A stretch of DNA of 64,000 bases from an uncultured bacterium (GTDB lineage Bacteria > Patescibacteriota > Minisyncoccia > UBA6257 > GWB1-50-10): contig OY970216.1 in NCBI GenBank assembly GCA_963713955.1, positions 136,075 through 200,074 of the forward strand. Direction: 5' to 3'. Position numbers and translations under genes: made by a program. Shown one piece after another: positions 39,044-48,752 of the stretch. The notes under the pieces are model-generated. The model was not told where the DNA came from. It saw only the letters and a list, made by a program, of their open reading frames with translations, and did no database searches. How positions within the stretch are numbered: the stretch's first letter is position 1; the number at the start of each line of letters is the position of its first letter.

Positions 39044-40378
39044 ATGGGTATTTGGGAGAAGGTAGCGAGTTTAGCGAAGAGACGCGGGTTCATTTACCCC
39101 GGCTCTGAGATCTATGGCGGCCTCGCGGGCACCTGGGACTACGGCCCCCTGGGCGCGGAGCTTAAGCGCAACATCAAGAGCGAGTTCTGGAGGAGCATGG
39201 TTCAGGAACGAGGCGACATCGTGGGCCTGGACGCTGCGATCATCATGAATCCGAAGGTCTGGGAAGCATCGGGGCATCTCGAATCGTTTTCCGATCCGCT
39301 CGTGGAATGCAAAAAGTGCCACAGCCGATTTCGTGCAGACGAAATCGGAATTCCTAATGACGAATTTCTAATTTCTAAAAACATTAAATGCCCGCAGTGT
39401 GGCGCGAGCGATTGGACGAAGCCAAAGAAGTTCAATTTAATGGTCGAGACATACTTGGGTGTTATCGAGGGGGAAAAACAAAAGACGTATCTCCGAGGCG
39501 AGATCACGCAGGGCGTGCATGTAAATTTCAAAAATATTTTAAGCTCCACGCGAGTTAAGATTCCCTTCGGTGTTGCTCAGATAGGAAAAGCCTTCAGGAA
39601 CGAAATAACTCCCGGCGGTTTCACGTTCCGTTCCCGGGAGTTCGAGCAGATGGAGCTTCAATACTATGTGAAGCCAGATATAAAGGAATCCATGAAGCAG
39701 TTTGAGTACTGGAAGAAAAAAAGGATGGATTGGTACGTTTCGCTCGGAATGAGAAAAGAAAGTCTGAGATTCAAGGAGCACGCCAAGGGTGAGCTCGCGC
39801 ACTATGCAAGGGCTGCTTTCGACATAGAGTACAACGCCGAAGGCGAGTGGAAGGAAATGGAAGGTGTTCATCATCGAGGCGACTGGGACCTGCGGCGTCA
39901 TCAGGAATTTTCGGGGCAGGACTTGACCTATTTCGATGAAGAGACGAAGGAAAAGTATTTGCCTTACATTGTAGAAACTTCCGGCGGCGTCGATCGTGCA
40001 GCTCTTTTCTTTTTAATGGACGCGTACGAGGAGGAGAAGGTGAACGGCGAAGAAAGAGTTGTGTTGAAACTCCACCCTAAACTCGCTCCTTATAAGGTCG
40101 CGGTGTTCCCGCTCTTAGCCAACAAGCCGCAGCTGGTTGAAGCGGCCAGGAAAATTTACGACGATCTGAAAAAAGATTTCATGGTTGCCTGGGATGATCG
40201 CGGCAACATCGGCAAGCGCTACCGCGCCCAGGACGAAGCCGGAACGCCATGGTGCGTCACGGTGGACTTCGATTCACTGGGGAATGACGACGTTACGGTG
40301 CGGGATCGGGATACCATGAAGCAGGAAAGGGTCAAAATAGGGGGCTTGACTGATTACCTAAAGAGTTGTATCGTCTAG
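39044..40378 (+). CDS. glyS: glycine--tRNA ligase (alpha2 type)
   Basis: 'EIYGG', 'DYGPLG', 'GKAFRNEITP', 'FEQME', 'IGKRYR.QDE'. Confidence 0.97.
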   Translation: MGIWEKVASLAKRRGFIYPGSEIYGGLAGTWDYGPLGAELKRNIKSEFWRSMVQERGDIVGLDAAIIMNPKVWEASGHLESFSDPLVECKKCHSRFRADEIGIPNDEFLISKNIKCPQCGASDWTKPKKFNLMVETYLGVIEGEKQKTYLRGEITQGVHVNFKNILSSTRVKIPFGVAQIGKAFRNEITPGGFTFRSREFEQMELQYYVKPDIKESMKQFEYWKKKRMDWYVSLGMRKESLRFKEHAKGELAHYARAAFDIEYNAEGEWKEMEGVHHRGDWDLRRHQEFSGQDLTYFDEETKEKYLPYIVETSGGVDRAALFFLMDAYEEEKVNGEERVVLKLHPKLAPYKVAVFPLLANKPQLVEAARKIYDDLKKDFMVAWDDRGNIGKRYRAQDEAGTPWCVTVDFDSLGNDDVTVRDRDTMKQERVKIGGLTDYLKSCIV

Positions 40379-40489
40379 AAGTTGATTGTGATATAATTTG
40401 TTCAATGAGAAGGGGGATTAATTTTGCATTAAACACTCATCTTGTTTTCAGCCATCTTTGGTCGGGATGGCTTCGTTCGTTTTAAAAGC

Positions 40490-43162
40490 ATGAAAAACAA
40501 ACTGTTAGCGTTAGGTTTCGCGGCAATAATCGCCGCCGGGATGTGGCTCCCTGGAGTGAGTCAGGCACAGGTCGCAACCTCGAACAACTTCGGCATCACG
40601 CCGGGGATGTCCGATACGCAGATCATCCAGATACTGGTTCAGGTTGTCCAGCAGCTCATGACGCAGATTCAGGCGATCATCGCGGAGAGGTCGCAGATTG
40701 TGTCGTCCACGCCGGTCGTTCCGATCATCACGACTTCCACTCAATCGTCAATTACCATCCTCTCGCCGAGCGGTGGAGAGCAGTACGATTTCGCTACCGG
40801 AATGACGATATCGGTGGCATGGACAATGAATTACAATTCTCCGTCACTCACGGTTTATATGTACAATCCCAACGTTGGCAATGTCTATGTTTCTCCTGCG
40901 ACTACGGGAAGCGTAGGTAAGAATGGGTGGACCATTCCAGCCGCCGTCGTTAACGCTATACCGTCTACGGGCGGTCAGTATAAGGTTGGTGTGTGCGACA
41001 ACAATCAATCACCAGCCGGCCTACCGGGGAAAGCGCTATGTAGTTGGAGTGATTATTTTACCGCAACTGGTAACGGCTCTATCAGTAACACGCCGGCCAC
41101 CCCTGCAGCTCCGACCGCGGTAGCCACCGGCCAAACGTCGGTTTCCCTCTCCTGGCCGGCGGTCTCCGGGGCAACGAGCTACCACATCTCAAGAGTTCCG
41201 CCAAATCTCGATATTAATACTGTCTATACCAATTCCTACGCGGACGCCAATGCCGGCTACTACGGCATGACCTGCGGTACGACCTACCAGTACCGGATCG
41301 AAGCGTGCAATTCATCGGATGGCGGATATACCGGTTGCAGTGCTTGGGGACCGTGGACGTCAGTCACAACGGATGTCTGCAGTGTGACATCGACACCGAG
41401 TACTACTCCGGTCGTGACCGGCGTCTCCGGGCCGCAGTCGCTCAATGTCGGCCAGACAGGGACCTGGACGGTGAACGCCTATGATCCCCAGGGCGGTAAT
41501 TTGAGTTACAGTGTGCTGTGGGGTGATTCTGGCGCTGGCCCCGTCTATCCAACGACTCAATCAATCCAGCAAACCGCTACATTCACGCATGCATACAATA
41601 CTGGTGGTACTACCTATATGCCGATTTTTACTGTGACGAACACCAGTGGCAAGACCGCCCAAACGAGCTTGACGGTGAAAGTGGGTGCGGCAAGCACAAC
41701 TTCTCTTCTTAACCTTCTCTCTCCTGCGAGAGGGGAGACACTAACGGCTGGTACTACCTATGTTATCCGCTGGAGCGCAACACAGGATCTCCTTGCGAGA
41801 TATCCGTACGTCGATATTATACTCGGCGGGTATACCTCGAACGGGTGCAGCGTTTTCGGTTGCGGGACTTTACCGCCCGAGCGTCTCTTTGCGAGAATTT
41901 GGGACGGCGTAAAATCTCTCTTCGGGATTACGGCGAATGCTCAGACGAGCGCAATCGGTACTAAGTTGGCCATAGCGACCAACGTTTCTCTGAGTTCCGG
42001 TTCCTACACCTGGTCTATCCCGTCTGATATCACGAACAAAGTTGGTTCGATAAACGGGAATTATCAGATTTACTTTGCCCAGAGTCAGACCAATAACTAT
42101 GTTTATCCCTATACGGATAATACTTTTAGGATTATTTCTACGGTTTCCACTCAGCCCTCGGTTGTCGTTACTATGCCAAACGGGGGGGAAACATATACGG
42201 CTGGAGGTTCGATTTCGATAGTGTGGAAGAAGAGCGGGGTGTCGATTCAGAATGATAACAACACATTTTTGTACGCCGTTGATAGTAAGGGGTATCAAAC
42301 CACAGTTGCGAGCAACTTGGCGGATAACCAGACGTCTTACACTTGGAGTACGTCGGGTGTAGCTCCGGGTTCCTATAAGATTCGCCTCAATGTTGTGTAT
42401 AACGGCGCTGTTCTGGAGGATTACAGCGATGGATACTTCACGATTAGTGGTGTGGCAACGACTACTCCTGCTCTCTCCGCCCCGACTCTTGTCAGTCCCT
42501 CCAACGGCACTACCGTGAACTCGACGAGCCCGACTCTCCAGTGGTCGAGCTCTGGGGTTTCGACGGCGGCACCGACATATTGGTCGCAAGCGCTCCAGGT
42601 GGCGACCGATCCGGGTTTCAGCAACCTCATCGTCAATAAGTCGGCGATCGACGGAGCCTCGCGGCAGTATTCGCTTTCCAACCTTTCCGGCGGTACCACG
42701 TACTACTGGCGCGTGGAAGTGAGCAACATTAATGGAGAGAGCCCCTGGTCGTCTGCATGGAGCTTTACGACGCCGAGCGCGGTTTCCACCGCCCCCGCCA
42801 CCCCTGCGGCCCCGACCGTGACGGTTACCGGCCCGACTTCGATCTCTGTTTCTTGGCAAAGCGTAGCCGGCGCGACAAGCTATCATATTTCGCGGACGCC
42901 GCCGAATCTGGACATCAATACCGTAAACAGCACGGCGTTTGCTGACAGCGGCTCGTACAACATGGCCTGTGGCACGGGCTACCAATACCAAATTGAAGCC
43001 TGCAACTCGTATGGTTGCAGCGCTTGGAGCTCGCCGTCGTTTGCTACAACAAGCGCCTGTGCAGCAGGCTACTCAGGAAGCTCTTTAAATGCCTCGCTTT
43101 TGGATGCCATGCAGGGTACACTCAACTCGATTACGAGCGCGCTGCAAAACCTGTCTCACTGA
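40490..43162 (+). CDS. large secreted protein with FnIII, PKD and Ser/Thr-rich Ig-like domains
   Basis: Signal peptide (SQAQ), duplicated FnIII 'PATPAAPT..SW..V.GATSYHISR.PPNLDINTV', PKD 'LWGD', 'PNGGE' motifs. Confidence 0.85.
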   Translation: MKNKLLALGFAAIIAAGMWLPGVSQAQVATSNNFGITPGMSDTQIIQILVQVVQQLMTQIQAIIAERSQIVSSTPVVPIITTSTQSSITILSPSGGEQYDFATGMTISVAWTMNYNSPSLTVYMYNPNVGNVYVSPATTGSVGKNGWTIPAAVVNAIPSTGGQYKVGVCDNNQSPAGLPGKALCSWSDYFTATGNGSISNTPATPAAPTAVATGQTSVSLSWPAVSGATSYHISRVPPNLDINTVYTNSYADANAGYYGMTCGTTYQYRIEACNSSDGGYTGCSAWGPWTSVTTDVCSVTSTPSTTPVVTGVSGPQSLNVGQTGTWTVNAYDPQGGNLSYSVLWGDSGAGPVYPTTQSIQQTATFTHAYNTGGTTYMPIFTVTNTSGKTAQTSLTVKVGAASTTSLLNLLSPARGETLTAGTTYVIRWSATQDLLARYPYVDIILGGYTSNGCSVFGCGTLPPERLFARIWDGVKSLFGITANAQTSAIGTKLAIATNVSLSSGSYTWSIPSDITNKVGSINGNYQIYFAQSQTNNYVYPYTDNTFRIISTVSTQPSVVVTMPNGGETYTAGGSISIVWKKSGVSIQNDNNTFLYAVDSKGYQTTVASNLADNQTSYTWSTSGVAPGSYKIRLNVVYNGAVLEDYSDGYFTISGVATTTPALSAPTLVSPSNGTTVNSTSPTLQWSSSGVSTAAPTYWSQALQVATDPGFSNLIVNKSAIDGASRQYSLSNLSGGTTYYWRVEVSNINGESPWSSAWSFTTPSAVSTAPATPAAPTVTVTGPTSISVSWQSVAGATSYHISRTPPNLDINTVNSTAFADSGSYNMACGTGYQYQIEACNSYGCSAWSSPSFATTSACAAGYSGSSLNASLLDAMQGTLNSITSALQNLSH

Positions 43163-43179
43163 GGGAACTTTGATGCGGT

Positions 43180-43218
43180 AACGAAAACGGCAAGCGGACG
43201 TCTTGCCGTTTTCGTTTT
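43180..43218 (+). terminator. intrinsic terminator
   Basis: AACGAAAACGGCAAG-N7-CTTGCCGTTTTCGTT. Confidence 0.8.
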
Positions 43219-43238
43219 GGGGCGATTATAATTGGAAA

Positions 43239-44507
43239 ATGACAAAATCAAAAAGGCTGAAGCTCAAAAACGGCTTGCGCGTGATCCTGGTCTCGGAACC
43301 GCAGAACCTCACGACGACCGTCATGGTGTCGGTGGAAGCGGGGTCGGAGTACGAAACGAAAGACGTAAACGGTCTGTCGCATTTTCTCGAGCACATGTGT
43401 TTCAAAGGGACGCATAAGAGGCCGACCGCCCTTGATATCACGGCCGAACTCGACGGGTTGGGCGCACAATACAACGCGTTCACGTCTCAGGAATCGACAA
43501 GCTATTATGCCAAGGCAAAGAACGAGAATGCGCGGGAAATCTTGGATGTCGTCGCGGATATGTACCTCGACCCGACGTTCGATGGCCGTGAGATAGAAAA
43601 GGAGCGGGGAGTTATCGTCCAGGAACTCAACATGTACGAGGACACGCCGATGAGGCGGGTCGGGGACCTTTTTATGAACCTTGTCTATGGTGACCAACCG
43701 GCGGGGTGGGATGTCGGGGGGACTAAAGACGTGATCAAAAAACTGACCCGCGACGACTTCCTGAACTATCGGAAGAAGCACTACCTGCCTCAGGCCACGG
43801 TCGTGACCATCTCGGGCGGGAAAGCAGGACTCGACATGTTCGGTAAGGTGAAAAAATATTTTGAGGAGTTGCCGCCAGGCGAGAAGGGAAAAAAGTCCGC
43901 GACGAAGGAATCTCAAAGAAGGCCGCGGGAGCTCGTTTCCTTCAAGGATGTGGACCAATCGCACATCATCATGGGTTTCAGGGCTTTCGACGTGCAGGAT
44001 GAGCGAAAGTACGCCCTTCAGGTGGCGGCGGACATCTTGGGGGGAGGAATGAGTTCTCGGCTCTTCCAGAAAGTGCGGGATGAACTCGGGGCGGCCTACT
44101 ACGTGAGATCCGACGTCGATCTTTACCTCGACCACGGGCTTTTTGAAATGGCAGCCGGCATCGAGCATGAAAAAATGGACATGGTTTTGAAAGCCGTTCT
44201 GAAAGAGTTTGAGAGATTACGGGACGAAAAGATCGGACCGTCTGAACTTAAGAGGGCGAAGGAGCACCTCCTGGGAAATCTTTTCATGTCTCTCGAGGGG
44301 TCTGACGAAATAGGGGCCTTTTACGCTTCCCAAGAGATACTGGGGCTCAAACTCATGACGCCGCAGGAAGTGGCGGCGAAGATCAATGGAGTTACCGCCG
44401 ACGAGGTAATGGCAGCGTCGAGGCGGGTCATAAAGAACGAGCGCTTGAATCTGGCCGTCATCGGACCCTTTAAGAAAAAGAGCTTTCTTGATATATTGAA
44501 AGTGTGA
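43239..44507 (+). CDS. M16 family zinc peptidase
   Basis: HxxEH 'HFLEHM', 'NAFTS', 'SSRLFQKVRDELG'. Confidence 0.95.
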   Translation: MTKSKRLKLKNGLRVILVSEPQNLTTTVMVSVEAGSEYETKDVNGLSHFLEHMCFKGTHKRPTALDITAELDGLGAQYNAFTSQESTSYYAKAKNENAREILDVVADMYLDPTFDGREIEKERGVIVQELNMYEDTPMRRVGDLFMNLVYGDQPAGWDVGGTKDVIKKLTRDDFLNYRKKHYLPQATVVTISGGKAGLDMFGKVKKYFEELPPGEKGKKSATKESQRRPRELVSFKDVDQSHIIMGFRAFDVQDERKYALQVAADILGGGMSSRLFQKVRDELGAAYYVRSDVDLYLDHGLFEMAAGIEHEKMDMVLKAVLKEFERLRDEKIGPSELKRAKEHLLGNLFMSLEGSDEIGAFYASQEILGLKLMTPQEVAAKINGVTADEVMAASRRVIKNERLNLAVIGPFKKKSFLDILKV

Positions 44508-44524
44508 CTTCAAGTTCGGAGAAA

Positions 44525-45532
44525 ATGGAAATAGGCTGGCCGACACTCTGGCGGTTCTTTGTCTTTCTGGCCATCGTCGCCATTTTGTACTTTGCGAGAT
44601 CGTCTTTCGCCATGCTTTTTGTGGGGGTCGTCGTGTCCCTTGGCATCGATCCTTTGGTGACCTTTTTGGCTGAGCGGGTGAAGATGGGGAGAGTTCTTGG
44701 GACCTTGCTTACGTTTCTTTTCGTGATAGCGATCCTCGTCCTCATCGCTTATCTCGTCGTGCCCGTCGTGGGAGGGGAGGTGAGAGATTTCGCGGCTAAT
44801 TTCAATCAGTCGTTTTCGGATCTCTTCGGTTTTAATATTCCGATTCCCGGTTGGAAAGATTTAGGGCATGGCGTGGGGCAAATCGTGGTTTCCATAACGT
44901 CGGGCAACGCTTCGGTGCCAGCGGTAGTCGCCAATTTTTTCAGTGACCTTCTTCTTACGGTCGGAGCAATCGTCGTAACACTTTATCTTTCCATAGAAAA
45001 AGATGGAGCGGACAAAATGCTCCGATGGATTCTACCTGCTTCTTACGAGAAGCAGATTATAGCCGTTTTTGATAGCTTTAAAAACAAGATGAGGAAATGG
45101 CTCGGGACGCAGCTTATTTTGAGCTTATTTATCGGTGTCGCCGTGGGGCTCGGCATGTGGTTCATCGGCGTGAGATACCCGTTCATTCTCGGAGTCCTTG
45201 CGGCGATTTTTGAGGTCGTGCCGATCATCGGCCCCATTGTGACCGGCGCCGTGGCGTTTCTGATAGCTATCTCGAGCTCCCTCACGCTCGCAATTTACGC
45301 GGTCCTTTTCTTCCTCTTCGTTCAGCAACTTGAGAATCATGTCCTCGTGCCACTTATCATGGGGAGAAGCATGAAGGTGCACCCCGTGATTGTCGTCGTG
45401 TCTCTCTTGGCGGGTGGCGAGATCGCCGGTTTCGTCGGCATTCTCCTTGGCGTGCCTATATCCGTTCTCATTCAGGAAATTTTCAATTACCTTTCTGAAC
45501 AGAGAGAGCAACGGCCACGGCCGGATTCCTAA
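44525..45532 (+). CDS. AI-2E family transporter
   Basis: 'VPIIGP', 'QQLENHVLVPLIMG...VHP', 'GILLGVP'. Confidence 0.9.
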   Translation: MEIGWPTLWRFFVFLAIVAILYFARSSFAMLFVGVVVSLGIDPLVTFLAERVKMGRVLGTLLTFLFVIAILVLIAYLVVPVVGGEVRDFAANFNQSFSDLFGFNIPIPGWKDLGHGVGQIVVSITSGNASVPAVVANFFSDLLLTVGAIVVTLYLSIEKDGADKMLRWILPASYEKQIIAVFDSFKNKMRKWLGTQLILSLFIGVAVGLGMWFIGVRYPFILGVLAAIFEVVPIIGPIVTGAVAFLIAISSSLTLAIYAVLFFLFVQQLENHVLVPLIMGRSMKVHPVIVVVSLLAGGEIAGFVGILLGVPISVLIQEIFNYLSEQREQRPRPDS

Positions 45533-45550
45533 CCGGCCGCTGCGGATGAA

Positions 45551-47020
45551 ATGGAGAAATTTTACGTCACAACCGCCATACCCTATGTAAATGCTAGTCC
45601 GCATATCGGGCATTCGCTTGAATTTGTCGAGGCCGACGTGATAGCTCGCCATGAAAGGATTTTGAACAAGGATGTTTATTTTCTTTCTGGTACTGACGAG
45701 AACGCGATGAAGAACTATCAAGCGGCCGAGAAAGCCGGGATCGGCGTTCAAAATTTCGTTGACAGAAACTCTTTAGCATTCGAGACACTTTTAAAAGTGC
45801 TCAATATCTCAAACGATCAGTTTATCAAAACTACCGAAGATAGGCATAAAAAGGGAGCCCAAGCGCTCTGGACGGCTACCAAGAAGGACGATTTGTACAA
45901 GAAGACCTATCGCGGGCTTTATTGTGTCGGATGCGAGCAATTTTACGAGCCTGCCGAACTTAACGATAAGGGAGAATGTTTTGAGCATCCCGGTAAACCC
46001 TTGGAAGTCGTTGAAGAGGAGAACTACTTTTTCCATCTCTCGAGATATCAAGATTGGCTCTATGATCTGATAGTGAGCGACAAACTGAAGATAGTCCCGG
46101 AAATCAGAAAAAACGAAGTGCTTTCGTTGATAGAAAGAGGGCTTCAGGATTTTTCCGTATCGCGCCCCATCGAGCGGTCCCACGGCTGGGGGGTCACGGT
46201 GCCGAACGATGACAAGCAAACCATTTATGTATGGTATGACGCCTTAGCGAATTACGTTACCGCTCTCGGTTATCCCGATGTCGAGAGCGAACTGTACAAA
46301 AAGTATTGGCTGGAAAGTCAAACACGCCTTCATGTGATCGGCAAGGGCATAAGCCGTTTCCATGCCGTGTATTGGCCGGCGATGCTCAAGAGTGCCGGTT
46401 TACCCATCCCAACCATGGAATTCATTCACGGTTACGTGACGACCGAGGGTCAGAAAATCAGCAAGACGCTCGGCAATGTCGTAGATCCCATGGAAATAGT
46501 CAAAAAATACGGAGTTGATCCCCTTCGTTACTATTTGTTGAGAGAAATTCCGGCCTATCTGGACGGCGATTTTTCGTTCAGGAGGTTTGAAGAAAGATAC
46601 AATTCCGACTTGGCAAACGGTTTGGGCAACTTCGCCGCACGAGTTCTCACGCTCGGCGAAGGGCTGGACGGAATGAAGGATCGGGAAATCTCTCCGGATG
46701 TCGGAAGCAAAATCAGCGAAACGAAGAAAAAAATGGAGGCGGCGCTCGACGAATTCAAATTCCATGAAGCGCTCGGCTCCCTTTGGAATCTCGTCAGCTT
46801 CGGCGACGAGTACGTGAACGATAAGAAACCGTGGGCCGCCGGAGAGCGTGAGGAAAAGGAAAAGATAGTTTTCGATCTAATCGCTGTCTTGGACAATGTC
46901 GCGGCGCTCGTCCGCCCCTTCCTGCCCGGAACTTCTGAGAGAATAACCGGATGCATAGTTTGGGAAAACGGAAAGGTGAAAACGAAGAGGGGCGGGATAC
47001 TTTTCCCGCGCCTGAAATGA
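45551..47020 (+). CDS. metG: methionine--tRNA ligase (short form)
   Basis: 'TTAIPYVN..PHIGH', 'GTDEN', 'YVWYDAL', 'KISKT'. Confidence 0.97.
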   Translation: MEKFYVTTAIPYVNASPHIGHSLEFVEADVIARHERILNKDVYFLSGTDENAMKNYQAAEKAGIGVQNFVDRNSLAFETLLKVLNISNDQFIKTTEDRHKKGAQALWTATKKDDLYKKTYRGLYCVGCEQFYEPAELNDKGECFEHPGKPLEVVEEENYFFHLSRYQDWLYDLIVSDKLKIVPEIRKNEVLSLIERGLQDFSVSRPIERSHGWGVTVPNDDKQTIYVWYDALANYVTALGYPDVESELYKKYWLESQTRLHVIGKGISRFHAVYWPAMLKSAGLPIPTMEFIHGYVTTEGQKISKTLGNVVDPMEIVKKYGVDPLRYYLLREIPAYLDGDFSFRRFEERYNSDLANGLGNFAARVLTLGEGLDGMKDREISPDVGSKISETKKKMEAALDEFKFHEALGSLWNLVSFGDEYVNDKKPWAAGEREEKEKIVFDLIAVLDNVAALVRPFLPGTSERITGCIVWENGKVKTKRGGILFPRLK

Positions 47021-47024
47021 GTTC

Positions 47025-47951
47025 ATGAACGAGAAGTTTTTCGATGCGCACACGCACGCGCACTTCGCCGCGTTCAAAGACGATTATCGCGAAGTCGTCC
47101 GGCGGTCTCTGGACGCCGGCGTCGGTATGATCAACGCGGGGACCCAAAAAGACACATCGGCGAAAGCAGTCGCGGTGGCGCACGAATTCGAAAGCGAGCC
47201 GGTGTATGCCGCTGTCGGACTCCATCCCATTCACACGTCGGAATCGTTCCATGACGCCGAAGAGCTGGGAGCCGACCCTTCGGTAAGTCCGGAATTCACC
47301 TCGCGGAGCGAAGAGTTTGACTATGAGTGCTACAAAAAACTGGCGCTCGATCCGAAAACGGTCGCGATCGGGGAGTGCGGCCTCGACTATGCCGCTTTTG
47401 TCCGCGAGCAACGCGAGCGGTTACAAAAGCGAGCATCCGCCGAAGCCTTGCGCGAAGGCGGATTGACCGATGACGAGATAGAAACGCAGAAGCGAAAACA
47501 GGTTGCCGCCTTTGAAGCGCAAATAAAGCTCGCCCACGAAGTCGGAAAACCTCTTATGATCCACTGCCGCAATGCTTTTAGCGACTTAATCAAAATACTT
47601 GATGCTAACTGCTCGCTACTTAATACTAGAAATCCCGGCGTCATCCATTTCTTCTCCGGCACAAAGGAAGATGCAAAGAAACTTTTAGATCTCGGTTTCA
47701 CTTTCACGTTCGGCGGCGTCATCACGTTCACGCGTGATTACGACGAAATTGTGGAATACCTTCCCTTCGACAGGATTTTGTCCGAAACCGACGCCCCGTA
47801 CGTGGCTCCGGTTCCACACCGGGGGAAGCGGAATGAGCCGGCGTACGTCATCGAGGTCGTGAAGCGGCTCGCCGAGATAAGGGGAGTTTCTTTGGAGAGG
47901 ATGGCTGGCGAGATTTTGAAAAACGCGACCCGTGTGTTTAAGTTGAACTAA
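47025..47951 (+). CDS. tatD: TatD family DNase
   Basis: 'DAHTH', 'GLHP', 'IGECGLDY', 'IHCR', 'ETDAPY'. Confidence 0.95.
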   Translation: MNEKFFDAHTHAHFAAFKDDYREVVRRSLDAGVGMINAGTQKDTSAKAVAVAHEFESEPVYAAVGLHPIHTSESFHDAEELGADPSVSPEFTSRSEEFDYECYKKLALDPKTVAIGECGLDYAAFVREQRERLQKRASAEALREGGLTDDEIETQKRKQVAAFEAQIKLAHEVGKPLMIHCRNAFSDLIKILDANCSLLNTRNPGVIHFFSGTKEDAKKLLDLGFTFTFGGVITFTRDYDEIVEYLPFDRILSETDAPYVAPVPHRGKRNEPAYVIEVVKRLAEIRGVSLERMAGEILKNATRVFKLN

Positions 47952-47953
47952 TC

Positions 47954-48625
47954 ATGCAAGCGGTAATTTTGGCGGCAGGCCTTGGGACGAGGATGAAGGA
48001 ACTCACGGTGGATACCCCAAAGCCGCTCTTGAAGATCGGCGAAAAAACGCTTCTCGAGTACAAGCTCCAGAACCTTCCCGATGAGATAGACGAAGTGGTG
48101 CTTGTCATCGGCTATCTGGGAGATCAGATAAAGTCCGCGTTCAACGGGAAGTTCCGGGGCCGCAAGATAACGTACGTCGAGCAAAAGGAATTGAAGGGGA
48201 CCGGCCACGCACTCTCGCTTTGCAAGCCGTTTCTCGCGGGCAGATTTCTCGTCTTGATGGGGGACGACTTGTACGCCAAGGAGGATCTCGAAAAATTAGT
48301 GAGCTATCCTTTGTCGGTTTTGGGCTGCGAGCTTAAAGAGGATATCTCGGGAGTAAAGCGGGCGGAAATAAAAACAGACGCCTCGGGCAGGGTGACGGAA
48401 ATCGACGAAAATTCTCCTGCAAGGAAGGGTATGCTCGAAAATGCGGCGGCCTACGTTTTGGACGAAAGTTATTTTGAATATCCCCTGAAGCCGGCTGATT
48501 CGAATTCGAAAGAGTTCGGCCTGCCGCAGACCATGGCGCAAATGGTGAGGGATGGGAAAGACATAAAGATTGTGAGGGCAACGTGGTGGAAGAAAGTCAC
48601 CTGCCCGGAAGACTTGAGGTTTTAG
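47954..48625 (+). CDS. sugar-phosphate nucleotidyltransferase
   Basis: 'ILAAGLGTRM..LT...PKPLL', 'GTGHA', 'MGDD'. Confidence 0.92.
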   Translation: MQAVILAAGLGTRMKELTVDTPKPLLKIGEKTLLEYKLQNLPDEIDEVVLVIGYLGDQIKSAFNGKFRGRKITYVEQKELKGTGHALSLCKPFLAGRFLVLMGDDLYAKEDLEKLVSYPLSVLGCELKEDISGVKRAEIKTDASGRVTEIDENSPARKGMLENAAAYVLDESYFEYPLKPADSNSKEFGLPQTMAQMVRDGKDIKIVRATWWKKVTCPEDLRF

Positions 48626-48628
48626 CTC

Positions 48629-48697
48629 GCCACGTACCTCCGCTCAGGCAGTCTCCGGGGCGACGCCCAAGTCTTAGCCTTCGCGGAGGTACGTGGC
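48629..48697 (-). repeat. CCAAGTCTTA-core hairpin element D
   Basis: 15-bp perfect stem GCCACGTACCTCCGC/GCGGAGGTACGTGGC; interior near-identical to 54102. Confidence 0.85.
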
Positions 48698-48752
48698 TCG
48701 CTTTCTTTCGTCAACCTTCAAAAAGGGGCTGTTTTTGTTTAGAATAGACCTC

